In this document: positions 41,684-50,875 of the stretch, in pieces
Layout: each line of letters begins with the position of its first letter
Numbering within the stretch: the first letter of the stretch is position 1
Assembly (NCBI GenBank): GCA_902593405.1
Contig: CACJIB010000002.1
Span: 233 to 64,232 of the forward strand
Source of the DNA: an uncultured Pelagibacteraceae bacterium
Lineage (GTDB): Bacteria; Pseudomonadota; Alphaproteobacteria; Pelagibacterales; Pelagibacteraceae
Length of the DNA: 64,000 nucleotides
Direction: 5' to 3'
Position numbers and translations under genes: made by a program
Notes under the pieces: model-generated
What the model was told of the DNA's origin: nothing
What the model saw: the letters and a program-made list of their open reading frames with translations, nothing else
Database searches by the model: none

Positions 41684-43095
41684 TGCCTAAGAAAAAATCT
41701 AAAAAAGTTAAAAAAAATGGAAAAGGTGTTGGTGGAAAAGCTGATGTCCATGCACATGAAGAAGGTAAAAGAAATAAAAGTTTATTAGGTCATAACGCTA
41801 TCTTCACACCTGAAGTAATAGACGACATTCATATTAAATCTCAATTAGGAAGATACAGAATGCGAGGAATGGCATTGATGAAAAAAATTCCTACTTTTGA
41901 TGATTTAGTTTTCTTACCTGGAACACTAACTAGATTTGTAATCGAAGGTTACAGAGAAAAATGTGAAACGAAAACTGTTATTGGACCAAGATGTGAAAAT
42001 CCAATTGAATTAGATATTCCAGTTTATATTACAGGAATGAGTTTTGGTGCCCTTTCTTATGAAGCAAAAACTGCTTTAGCAAGAGGTGCAACTATGGCTG
42101 GTAGTGCTACATGTTCAGGTGAAGGTGGGATGATACCTGATGAAAGAAGATACTCTGAAAAATGGTATTACCAATGTATTCAATCAAGATACGGTTTTAA
42201 TCCACATCATGCACAATTAGCAGATGGAATTGAAGTGTTTATTGGACAAGGTCAAAAAGTTGGAATGGGCGGACACTTAATGGGTCAAAAAGTTACTGAC
42301 CAAGTTGCTGAGATGAGATCATTACCATCTGGTATTGACCAAAGATCTCCAGCGAGACACCCTGACTGGTTAGGACCAGATGATTTAGCTCTAAAAGTAG
42401 AAGAGCTAAGACAATTAACAAAAAATAAGGTGCCAATTCAATTAAAGTTAGGTGCATCTAAAGTTTATGATGATGTGCGGATGGCTGCAAAATGTGATCC
42501 TGACTCTATTTACCTAGATGGAATGGAAGGTTCTACTGGAGCCGGCCCACATATCGCTGCTGCAAACACTGGTATTCCTGGTATTGCTGCAATTCGAGAA
42601 GCTAGAAGAGCAATCGACGATGTTGGTAAAACTGGAAAAGTAACATTAATTTATGCTGGTGGTGTAAGAGATGGGGCTGACATGGCTAAAGCTTTAGCTC
42701 TTGGAGCTGATGCAATAGCTATTGGTACAGGATCAATGATTGCACTTAACTGTAATAAAGATATTCCAGAAGCAGACTTTGAAAAAGAAATGGGAGTAAA
42801 AGCAGGTGAATGTTATCACTGCCACACTGGAAGATGTCCAGTTGGTGTTGCAACGCAAGATCCAAAGCTTAGAGCTAGATTAAATCCCGATGATGCTGCA
42901 CTAAGAGTTTACAATTATCTTCACTCAATGACTTTAGAAGCTCAGTTGTTAGCAAGAGCTTGTGGAAAAACAAATATCCATTCTCTAGAACCTGAAGATT
43001 TAGCTGCTTTAACATCAGAAGCATCAGCTTTAGCAAAAGTTCCATTAGCTGGAACTAACTACACAGTTGGTGTTGATAACTATCACAAAATATAG
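41683..43095 (+). CDS. FMN-binding glutamate synthase family (N-methylglutamate synthase subunit C-like)
   Basis: GMSFGALS, SGEGG, RSPARHPDW, CHTGRCPVGVATQD and RACGKT motifs. Confidence 0.88.
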   Translation: MPKKKSKKVKKNGKGVGGKADVHAHEEGKRNKSLLGHNAIFTPEVIDDIHIKSQLGRYRMRGMALMKKIPTFDDLVFLPGTLTRFVIEGYREKCETKTVIGPRCENPIELDIPVYITGMSFGALSYEAKTALARGATMAGSATCSGEGGMIPDERRYSEKWYYQCIQSRYGFNPHHAQLADGIEVFIGQGQKVGMGGHLMGQKVTDQVAEMRSLPSGIDQRSPARHPDWLGPDDLALKVEELRQLTKNKVPIQLKLGASKVYDDVRMAAKCDPDSIYLDGMEGSTGAGPHIAAANTGIPGIAAIREARRAIDDVGKTGKVTLIYAGGVRDGADMAKALALGADAIAIGTGSMIALNCNKDIPEADFEKEMGVKAGECYHCHTGRCPVGVATQDPKLRARLNPDDAALRVYNYLHSMTLEAQLLARACGKTNIHSLEPEDLAALTSEASALAKVPLAGTNYTVGVDNYHKI

Positions 43096-43103
43096 AGGTA
43101 ACT

Positions 43104-43514
43104 ATGCCAAAGAAAAAAAGTAAAAAAGTAGCAAAAACAAAAGAGATCAAAGGTCAGTTAGGTAAAAAGAAAGAGACTGCCAGAGAAAAAATGATTGGTC
43201 AGTCTATTGGTTACAGATACGATGTTAATCTTTTACCGGACTATTCTAAGCTAACTCCATTTCTTAAGAAATATATAGAGGCGATGGGATGGGATGATTT
43301 AAATTGGTTAGAAGATGTGCATATGGGTTATGAAGAAGATAGACCTGCTGTATTCTGTAGAAATGCAAATGGTTGGGTTACAATACCAAAGTCAATTAAA
43401 CTCCCAAATAATCAACAAGATAGAGATATGATTGCAAGAGAACTTTTAGTTAAGTTTCAAATGTCTCCAAAACATCCACTTGTTGATTTGAAAAAAGCTT
43501 ATTTAAAATTTTAA
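43104..43514 (+). CDS. Hypothetical protein, last gene of the operon
   Basis: 136 aa, GAGG SD, 8 nt after the previous stop. Confidence 0.75.
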   Translation: MPKKKSKKVAKTKEIKGQLGKKKETAREKMIGQSIGYRYDVNLLPDYSKLTPFLKKYIEAMGWDDLNWLEDVHMGYEEDRPAVFCRNANGWVTIPKSIKLPNNQQDRDMIARELLVKFQMSPKHPLVDLKKAYLKF

Positions 43515-43540
43515 TATTTCAATTAAAAGTTGATTTTTTT

Positions 43541-43570
43541 TAAAAACCTAGTGCACAAGCTAGGTTTTTA
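43541..43570 (+). terminator. Probable terminator hairpin
   Basis: TAAAAACCTAG-TGCACAAG-CTAGGTTTTTA inverted repeat. Confidence 0.65.
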
Positions 43571-43638
43571 AACGTTTTTATATTTGTATCGAATCACAAA
43601 ATTTAATAGGCTCTCGTAAACTAATATGGAGAGAGAAT

Positions 43639-45039
43639 ATGACTGATCAGTTAGGTGCTCTTACAACCATATTTACGGAATTTTACTACTGGGTGACAGT
43701 GGTACTGATGTTTTTAATTCACGTCGGTTTCTGTATGTATGAAGTTGGAGCTTCTCGATACAAACACCATCAACATACTCTTATGAAAAATACGATGCTG
43801 ATACCATTGGTAACAGTAACGTGGTTTTTATTTGGTTGGTGGATTTACTGGGCTTTTCCAACAGGACCTGGATTAGCACCATCAATAATGAATGAAAGTG
43901 CTGCACTAGTTACAGATGAATCTGCATTTAGTGCTACATGGTATACTGCTACAAGTGATTTAATGGCTGTCAATTTAGGAGACCATATTTCTGGTGTCTT
44001 CTGGGCTGCCTTTTTACTTTTCTCTTGGACAGCTGCTTCTATCGTTTCTGGAGCTATCATTGAAAGAATTACGACTTTTGCATTTGGTATTTTAGCAATT
44101 GCAATTGGTTCTGTATTTTGGACAATTGATGCGGCATGGGGATGGCACTTCGACGGTTGGATGTTGAAACTTCTAGGATATCACGACGCTTACGCATCAG
44201 GTGTAATTCACGCAATTGCAGGTGGATTTGCTTTAGGTGTTCTAATGGTTTTAGGACCAAGAATTGGTAAGTTTTCGTCTAACGGTGAACCAAGAAACAT
44301 CGGACCAAGAAATCCTTGGTTAGTAACAGTGGGATTATTTTTAATTTATACTGGTTTCTGGGGATTTTACGCAGCATGTAACATACCTATTTTCGACCTT
44401 GGACCTGAGTATGGTATGGAAGGTATATCTTACTGGACAGCAACTAATATCTACGTAACGCCTACTACACTTAGTGGTATTACATTTAACTTCTTGATGT
44501 CATTATCAGGAGGATTATTAGCTGGATACTGGATTGCTAAAGGAGATCCTTTCTGGACTTACTCAAGTGGTCTAGCAGGTGTGATCTGTGCTTCGGCTGG
44601 TAATGATTTATATCACCCAATTCAAGCAATGATCATTGGTATGATCGGTGTTGTTATCGCATACAAACTACATTACTGGGTTGAACGTAAGTTCAAAATT
44701 GATGATGCAGTTGGTGCTGTAGCAGTGCATGGTTATGCTGGATTTGTAGGTCTTGTTATTTGTGGTTTTGTCTTAAATGGTTATCCATCATCTGGTTACA
44801 GTGTTGGTGCTATGTGGGACGGAACAACTTATGCAACAATTAATCCATTAGGACAGTTCATCGGAGCATTAATTATGTTCGTTGTTCTTGGACTAATACC
44901 AGGCTACATCATAGCTAAAGTTCTTAACGGTATGGGTAAATTAAGAATCCCACGTGAAGTTGAGATAGCTGGATTAGACTATGAAATGATGGAATCTGCT
45001 AAAGAAGATGAAAAAGCAGTTTCATCTGCAACCAGGTAA
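43639..45039 (+). CDS. amtB: Amt-family ammonium/methylammonium transporter
   Basis: IVSGAIIER, twin His (GVIHA, DDAVGAVAVHG), LGPRIG; about 11 TM. Confidence 0.88.
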   Translation: MTDQLGALTTIFTEFYYWVTVVLMFLIHVGFCMYEVGASRYKHHQHTLMKNTMLIPLVTVTWFLFGWWIYWAFPTGPGLAPSIMNESAALVTDESAFSATWYTATSDLMAVNLGDHISGVFWAAFLLFSWTAASIVSGAIIERITTFAFGILAIAIGSVFWTIDAAWGWHFDGWMLKLLGYHDAYASGVIHAIAGGFALGVLMVLGPRIGKFSSNGEPRNIGPRNPWLVTVGLFLIYTGFWGFYAACNIPIFDLGPEYGMEGISYWTATNIYVTPTTLSGITFNFLMSLSGGLLAGYWIAKGDPFWTYSSGLAGVICASAGNDLYHPIQAMIIGMIGVVIAYKLHYWVERKFKIDDAVGAVAVHGYAGFVGLVICGFVLNGYPSSGYSVGAMWDGTTYATINPLGQFIGALIMFVVLGLIPGYIIAKVLNGMGKLRIPREVEIAGLDYEMMESAKEDEKAVSSATR

Positions 45040-45050
45040 AGGAGGAAAAT

Positions 45051-45281
45051 ATGGCTACAGTTACAAACTGGATAGATCACCTTAATAAGCCAGCAGAAGA
45101 AGTTGCTGGTGCAATTTACCCTGGTGCTGGATCTGTTGAAGGCATACTGGTAATCATTGCATTGATCTTATGGGTTGGTTGGCACGTTTTGACTGCAAAA
45201 GCTGAAAGTGATGAGCTTTCAAGACTTGCTAGAAAAAGACATAGTGCTAACGATCATAAAAGCAATATTACTGACTGGTAA
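45051..45281 (+). CDS. Small single-TM protein downstream of amt
   Basis: Strong AAAGGAGG SD; YPGAG followed by TM ILVIIALILWVGWHV. Confidence 0.8.
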   Translation: MATVTNWIDHLNKPAEEVAGAIYPGAGSVEGILVIIALILWVGWHVLTAKAESDELSRLARKRHSANDHKSNITDW

Positions 45282-45296
45282 TTTAAATTAAAATTT

Positions 45297-45326
45297 GGGC
45301 GCTACTTAAATGTAGCGCCCTTTTTT
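45297..45326 (+). terminator. Intrinsic terminator
   Basis: GGGCGCTAC-TTAAAT-GTAGCGCCC-TTTTTT. Confidence 0.9.
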
Positions 45327-45339
45327 ATGTTCTAAATTA

Positions 45340-45489
45340 ATGGAAGATAATAAAGAAGAATTAAGACCCTCAAAAATGAGAGGTGTAGCATTTCCTAAAG
45401 CTAAGTATGGTGTGATACTAGCTATAATTGTAATTATTGTTGTTAATTTAATTTATTACAAAGAAACAATTTTATCTTTTTTTAAATAA
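45340..45489 (+). CDS. Small single-TM protein (49 aa), not in ORF track
   Basis: MEDNKEELRPSKMRGVAFPKAKYGVILAIIVIIVVNLIYYKETILSFFK; fills the gap before gmaS. Confidence 0.55.
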   Translation: MEDNKEELRPSKMRGVAFPKAKYGVILAIIVIIVVNLIYYKETILSFFK

Positions 45490-45506
45490 TTATGTTAACT
45501 TAGGCT

Positions 45507-46832
45507 GTGTCTAAAAATTTATTTCAAATTGCTAAGCAAAAAAAAATTAAATATTTTTTAATCAGTTTTGTAGATTTATTTGGTGTATTAAGATCAAAAT
45601 TAGTACCTGCTCATGCAATAAAAGAAATGCAAAATGCAGGAGCTGGTTTTGCTGGATTTGCAGCATGGTTAGATATGACACCTGCTGACTCAGACATGTT
45701 TGGAATTCCCGACCCAGATAGTTTAATTCAACTTCCATGGAATAAAGAAGTTGGATGGTTAGCATCTGATCTATGGATGAATGGCAAACCAGTAGATGCG
45801 TCACCTAGAGTGATGTTAAAAAATCAGATAAAAAAACTTAAAAAACAGAATTTAACAATGAAATCAGGTGTTGAGTGTGAATATTTTTTAATTTCACCTG
45901 ATGGCAATTCAATTGCAGATCCAAGGGATACACAATCCAAACCTTGTTATGATCAATCTGCATTAATGAGAAGGTATGATTTAATTAAGGAAATTTGTGA
46001 CTGTATGATTGAAATGGGATGGGGCCCTTATCAAAATGATCATGAGGATGCTAACGGTCAATTTGAAATGAATTGGAATTATTCAGATTGCCTAAAAACT
46101 GCAGACAGACATACCTTTTTTAAGTTTATGGTAAAAACAATTGCTGAAAAGCACGGACTGAGAGCAACATTCATGCCTAAACCGTTTGGAAATTTAACCG
46201 GTAATGGTTGTCACGCTCACGTATCAGTTTGGCAAGGTAGTAAAAATAAATTCTTAGATAATAAAGATAAACTTGGTTTAAGTAAAATGGCCTATAATTT
46301 TTTAGGTGGAGTAATTAAAAATGCTTCGTCTTTATCTGCATTTTTTAACCCAACAATCAATAGTTACAGAAGAATAAATGCACCACCTACAAAATCTGGA
46401 GCATCATGGTCACCGAGTAGTATTTCTTACACAGGTAATAATCGAACACACATGATAAGAATCCCTGATCCTGGAAGATTTGAATTAAGATTAATGGATG
46501 GTTCTGCTAATCCTTACTTATTGCAAGCAAGTGTCTTAGCAGCTGGTCTATATGGTTTAAAAAATAAAGTTGATCCAGGCAAACCTTTAGATTGCAATAT
46601 GTATGAAGATCACCATAAATATCCCAACTTACCCAAACTGCCTGATGAACTTGCACAATCATTAAATTTATTAAAAAATAATAAAGATATGAATGATGCT
46701 TTTGGCAAAGTTGTTATTGAAAGTTATATAAAGTTAAGAAGTTCAGAAATGAATGAATTTAAATCAAAAGATAGTTTTGATAAAACAAAAGATGTTACAA
46801 AGTGGGAAAAAGATAATACTTTAGATTGTTAG
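45507..46832 (+). CDS. gmaS: Gamma-glutamylmethylamide synthetase (type III GS-like, GlnT)
   Basis: YFLISFVDLFG, GAGFAGFA, KPCYDQSALMRRY, YQNDHEDANGQFEMNW and SGASWSP motifs characteristic of GmaS. Confidence 0.87.
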   Translation: MSKNLFQIAKQKKIKYFLISFVDLFGVLRSKLVPAHAIKEMQNAGAGFAGFAAWLDMTPADSDMFGIPDPDSLIQLPWNKEVGWLASDLWMNGKPVDASPRVMLKNQIKKLKKQNLTMKSGVECEYFLISPDGNSIADPRDTQSKPCYDQSALMRRYDLIKEICDCMIEMGWGPYQNDHEDANGQFEMNWNYSDCLKTADRHTFFKFMVKTIAEKHGLRATFMPKPFGNLTGNGCHAHVSVWQGSKNKFLDNKDKLGLSKMAYNFLGGVIKNASSLSAFFNPTINSYRRINAPPTKSGASWSPSSISYTGNNRTHMIRIPDPGRFELRLMDGSANPYLLQASVLAAGLYGLKNKVDPGKPLDCNMYEDHHKYPNLPKLPDELAQSLNLLKNNKDMNDAFGKVVIESYIKLRSSEMNEFKSKDSFDKTKDVTKWEKDNTLDC

Positions 46833-46835
46833 TAC

Positions 46836-47966
46836 ATGACTATACTATCTAACGGTCATCAATGGAAATATACAGAATTTACAGACAATAAAAATTACTC
46901 ATTTAACAAAAAAGAAATTCTTAATTCTTTAACCTCAGAAGAAATTGATGATGCTTATAAGAGTATTTCTAAGTGGAAAGGTTATTCTCCTACTCCCCTG
47001 CTTTCTTTAAATAAACTTTCAAAAGAATTAAATTTAAACAAGATTTTTTATAAAGATGAAAATAAAAGATTTGATTTAAAATCTTTTAAAGCTTTAGGCG
47101 GAGCTTATGCGGTAGAAAAAGTAACCAAAGGAAATAAAGATATAGTGGTGGCAACAGCTACTGCTGGCAATCATGGAAGATCAGTTGCCTGGGGTGCTAA
47201 AAGATTAGGTCTAAGCTGTAAAATATTCATTAGTGAATTTGTAAGTGATGCAAGAGGCAAAGCTATGGCCGCACTTGGAGCAGATGTAGTAAAAGTAAAA
47301 GGTAATTATGAAAAATCTTTGATGGAATGCATAAAACAGTCTACTGAAAATAATTGGCAAATAGTTCAGGATGTTGCTTGGAAAGATTATATGATCGTCC
47401 CCAAGTATACAATGGCAGGTTATACGGTAATGATGAAGGAGATAACTAATCAAATCCAGGAAGAGAAAATAACTCACATCATTTTACAGGCTGGTGTTGG
47501 TGGCATGGCCGCTGCCATGGTTGCAGGTATTGCAAGATATTTGAACTATGTTCCAACAATTATAGTTGTTGAGCCGGATAGTGCCGCGTGTGTAATGGAA
47601 AGCATTAAAACTGGAAAAATAGAAAAAATAGATATTAAAAGAGAAAGCTTAATGGGTGGTATGTCTTGTGGTGAAGTATCATTGGTCCCATGGGAAATAC
47701 TCAAAAATTCAGTTAAACATTGTGTTAGTTTACCAGATGATGATATTGCAAAAACTATGAAACTACTTGGAAATTCAAGCTTTAGTGATGATAAAATAAT
47801 TGCAGGAGAAAACTCAGCACCTGGCGTAATCAGTCTGATTACAAGTTGTGAAGATCAAGCAATTAAAGAAAAATTAGATCTAAATGAAAAATCTAATGTT
47901 TTGGTTTTTGGTTGTGAGGGAGATACTGATCAAGATATGTATCAAAAGTTAATTAACCAAAATTAA
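46836..47966 (+). CDS. dpaL: Diaminopropionate ammonia-lyase family PLP enzyme
   Basis: YKDE..RF.LKSFKALGG, ATAGNHGRSVAW, VQDVAW and QAGVG motifs. Confidence 0.82.
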   Translation: MTILSNGHQWKYTEFTDNKNYSFNKKEILNSLTSEEIDDAYKSISKWKGYSPTPLLSLNKLSKELNLNKIFYKDENKRFDLKSFKALGGAYAVEKVTKGNKDIVVATATAGNHGRSVAWGAKRLGLSCKIFISEFVSDARGKAMAALGADVVKVKGNYEKSLMECIKQSTENNWQIVQDVAWKDYMIVPKYTMAGYTVMMKEITNQIQEEKITHIILQAGVGGMAAAMVAGIARYLNYVPTIIVVEPDSAACVMESIKTGKIEKIDIKRESLMGGMSCGEVSLVPWEILKNSVKHCVSLPDDDIAKTMKLLGNSSFSDDKIIAGENSAPGVISLITSCEDQAIKEKLDLNEKSNVLVFGCEGDTDQDMYQKLINQN

Positions 47967-47970
47967 ATCA

Positions 47971-49392
47971 ATGAGTAGCACAGGTATTTTTTGGATAAGA
48001 GAGGATTTTAGAATTGAAAATAATCCTGCTTTATCTTTTGCAACACAAAATCATGATAATGTAATTGCATTATATATTTATAATAATAATGATTTTGACA
48101 ACAAAAGAGAAGCTCAAAAATGGTGGGTTTATAAATCTCTAGAAACTTTAAAAAAAGAATTGTCAGATTATAAAGTTAATCTTGAAATAGTAAAAGGCGA
48201 TGAATTAGAAATTTTTTCTAAATTTAATAAAAAGGATAAGCTTTCAGTTTATTGGAATAAAATTTATGAACCAGATGTTATAACTAAAGGAAAAAAAATA
48301 CGTGACCTATTTATTAAAAATGAAATCAATTATAAATATTTCAAAGGAAATATTTTAAATGAATTTCAAGAGATAACAAAAAATGATGGAACTCCCTTTA
48401 AAGTGTTTACCCCTTTCTGGAGAAATGCGGAGCAAGTTTATTTAAATCAACCACCAGGCAAAAACTATATTGTTAAAAAGAAAATAAAAAAGATTACAAT
48501 TTTTAAAAAGTGTATTGAGCCAACTGATATTTTACCAAAAAAAAATTGGTATAAAAAATTTGAAAAATATTGGAAAGTTTCAGAAAATGAATCAAAAAAA
48601 ATATTAAAAAATTTAATTGAAAATAAAATTAAGGATTATGGAACTTCTCGAGATATACCATCTATCGAAGGAACCTCTAAATTATCTCCTTACATCAAAC
48701 ATGGCCAAATTCATGTAGGCAGTATTTGGAAAAAATGTTCTGAAATTAAATCAAAAGGAATTGGTTATAGAAAATATATTAATGAGCTTGGTTGGAGAGA
48801 GTTTTCGCATAGTTTAATTAATTATTTCCCTGAATTCTTAAAAGGAAATTTCAGAAAAGAATTTGATAAATTCCCTTGGGCAAAAAATGAGAAATTCTTA
48901 AGAGCATGGAAAAGAGGAATGACTGGTTATCCTATTGTCGATGCAGGTATGAGAGAACTATATGAGACTGGATGGATGCATAATAGAATAAGAATGGTTG
49001 TTGGTTCATTTTTAGTCAAACATTTGAGAATTAATTGGACTGAAGGTGAGAAGCATTTTAGAAATTGTCTACTAGATTTTAACAAAGCAAATAATGTTGC
49101 TCAATGGCAATGGGTTGCTGGCTGTGGGGCAGATGCAGCACCTTATTTTAGAATATTCAATCCAATTCTTCAGGGTGAAAAATTTGATAAAGAAGGCAAT
49201 TATGTAAAAAAATGGGTTCCAGAACTTAAAAATGTTCCAAATAAATTTATTCACAAACCTTGGGAAATGGAATTAAAGTATCAAGAAGCTATAAAAACAA
49301 TTATTGGCAAAGATTACCCGGGTCCTATTGTTATTCATGAAAAAGCTAGAGCTGAAGCTCTTGAAGCGTTTCAATCTTTGAAGAAAAAATAA
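47971..49392 (+). CDS. phrB: Deoxyribodipyrimidine photolyase
   Basis: DFRIENN, TSKLSPY, TGYPIVDAGMRELYETGWMHNR and WQWVAGCGADAAPYFRIFNP motifs. Confidence 0.93.
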   Translation: MSSTGIFWIREDFRIENNPALSFATQNHDNVIALYIYNNNDFDNKREAQKWWVYKSLETLKKELSDYKVNLEIVKGDELEIFSKFNKKDKLSVYWNKIYEPDVITKGKKIRDLFIKNEINYKYFKGNILNEFQEITKNDGTPFKVFTPFWRNAEQVYLNQPPGKNYIVKKKIKKITIFKKCIEPTDILPKKNWYKKFEKYWKVSENESKKILKNLIENKIKDYGTSRDIPSIEGTSKLSPYIKHGQIHVGSIWKKCSEIKSKGIGYRKYINELGWREFSHSLINYFPEFLKGNFRKEFDKFPWAKNEKFLRAWKRGMTGYPIVDAGMRELYETGWMHNRIRMVVGSFLVKHLRINWTEGEKHFRNCLLDFNKANNVAQWQWVAGCGADAAPYFRIFNPILQGEKFDKEGNYVKKWVPELKNVPNKFIHKPWEMELKYQEAIKTIIGKDYPGPIVIHEKARAEALEAFQSLKKK

Positions 49393-49400
49393 ATTTAGTT

Positions 49401-49820
49401 TTATTCTCCAATAAAATGGTGGATTATAGTTCTTTCTTGAGCCTCTAATCTGTGTTCAAATAAATATATGCCCTGCCAAGTTCCAAGCAACAATTCACTG
49501 TCTTTCACACTTAGAGAAATTTGATTATTAGTTAATGCAGATTTAATATGTGCAGGCATATCATCTTTTCCCTCCGTAGTATGAACATATAGTTTGTTAT
49601 CCATAGGAGCTAATTTATCAAAATAATTTATTAAATCTGTTTGTACATCTGGATCTGCATTTTCTTGAACAATTAATGAGGCGCTTGTGTGCTGAATACA
49701 TAAATTAAGAATACCATTTTTAAAGTTATTTTGAGCAATCCAATGAATTGTATCATTAGTAAATTCATATAACTTTTGACCATTAGTCTTAATATTAAGA
49801 TTGTAAAATTCTTGTTTCAT
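49401..49820 (-). CDS. yjbQ: YjbQ/UPF0047 family protein
   Basis: HTSASL, ENADPDV, DDMPAHIKS and LGTWQGIYLFEHR motifs. Confidence 0.92.
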   Translation of the reverse strand: MKQEFYNLNIKTNGQKLYEFTNDTIHWIAQNNFKNGILNLCIQHTSASLIVQENADPDVQTDLINYFDKLAPMDNKLYVHTTEGKDDMPAHIKSALTNNQISLSVKDSELLLGTWQGIYLFEHRLEAQERTIIHHFIGE

Positions 49821-50875
49821 TAATTATACTCATTCGATGTAAGCTCATACAAACGACTAATGGTTCGTTTAAATGGTTTTTCTAATAATCTTGACGAGGT
49901 AAATTTATCTAAATTTATATCAGCTGTAACTGCTAATGAAATATTTTTATCATAGATTACATCTAACAAAGTGATAAAACGTTGTTGTTGATTTGAATTT
50001 ACATCATTAAATTGAGGTATTTGATCTATTACCATAAATTTACAGTTTTTAACTATTTCTAAATAATCTTCCGCTCCTAAATTTTGATCACAAAGTTGAT
50101 TAAAGTCGCATCTAACAATTCCCTCATAAAAGTTTTCTATTTTAAATTCTCTTCCCTTTACATTAATTTTTATTGAAGATTGTTTTTTATCCTTTGTTAT
50201 AGTTCTAAAAAATTTATTAATCTTAAAATTGGTTTCTTGATTAAGTGGAAAAAAATATCTTTGTTTTTGATTATCATTAGATTTTCTATAATCATCCTCA
50301 ATTTTTAATTCATACTCGATGGATTGATCTTCCATTATTTTTATAAAAGGTATAAATTGTTCACGTTGAAGACCTTCTTTATAAAGTTCTGAAATTTTAG
50401 TATTTGAAGTAAGAATAATTTTAATATCTTCTTTAAATATTTGTTCAAATAGTTTTCCTAAAATCATTGCATCAACAATGTTTGTTACTTGGAACTCATC
50501 AAAATAAACTAATGAAGCATTTGATTTTAAATTTTTAACAAATTGATTGATTACATTTTCTTCATTTTTTTCTTTTTGCTCATGAATAAAATCATGAAAA
50601 CCTAACATAAATTCATTAAAATGCTTTTTTAATTTTTTTTCTTCAAGATGATCATAAAAGAAGTTTAAAATCATTGTTTTACCAACCCCTACACCACCAT
50701 ATAGATAAAATCCTTTTTTGGTTTTTTGTTTGGAAAATAATTTTGAAAAAAATGATTTATAATTAGTATTATGGTAATCTTCTAATTTTTTAATAACTTT
50801 GATTTGATTAGGATTAACTTCTAAATTTTGATTTTCACAATAATATATGAATTCTTTTTCAAATGATTTGGACAT
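49820..50875 (-). CDS. zapE: Cell division ATPase ZapE (AFG1 family)
   Basis: GGVGVGKT, HFNEFM, FDEFQVT, GLQR, RFITLLD and RTISRL motifs. Confidence 0.92.
   Translation of the reverse strand: MSKSFEKEFIYYCENQNLEVNPNQIKVIKKLEDYHNTNYKSFFSKLFSKQKTKKGFYLYGGVGVGKTMILNFFYDHLEEKKLKKHFNEFMLGFHDFIHEQKEKNEENVINQFVKNLKSNASLVYFDEFQVTNIVDAMILGKLFEQIFKEDIKIILTSNTKISELYKEGLQREQFIPFIKIMEDQSIEYELKIEDDYRKSNDNQKQRYFFPLNQETNFKINKFFRTITKDKKQSSIKINVKGREFKIENFYEGIVRCDFNQLCDQNLGAEDYLEIVKNCKFMVIDQIPQFNDVNSNQQQRFITLLDVIYDKNISLAVTADINLDKFTSSRLLEKPFKRTISRLYELTSNEYN

Noticed and set aside
43551-43635. NtrC half-site GTGCAC, TTTGT-N8-ACAAA, and a CTCTC/GAGAG SD-masking stem upstream of amt
   Set aside because: Too short or wrongly spaced to distinguish from chance
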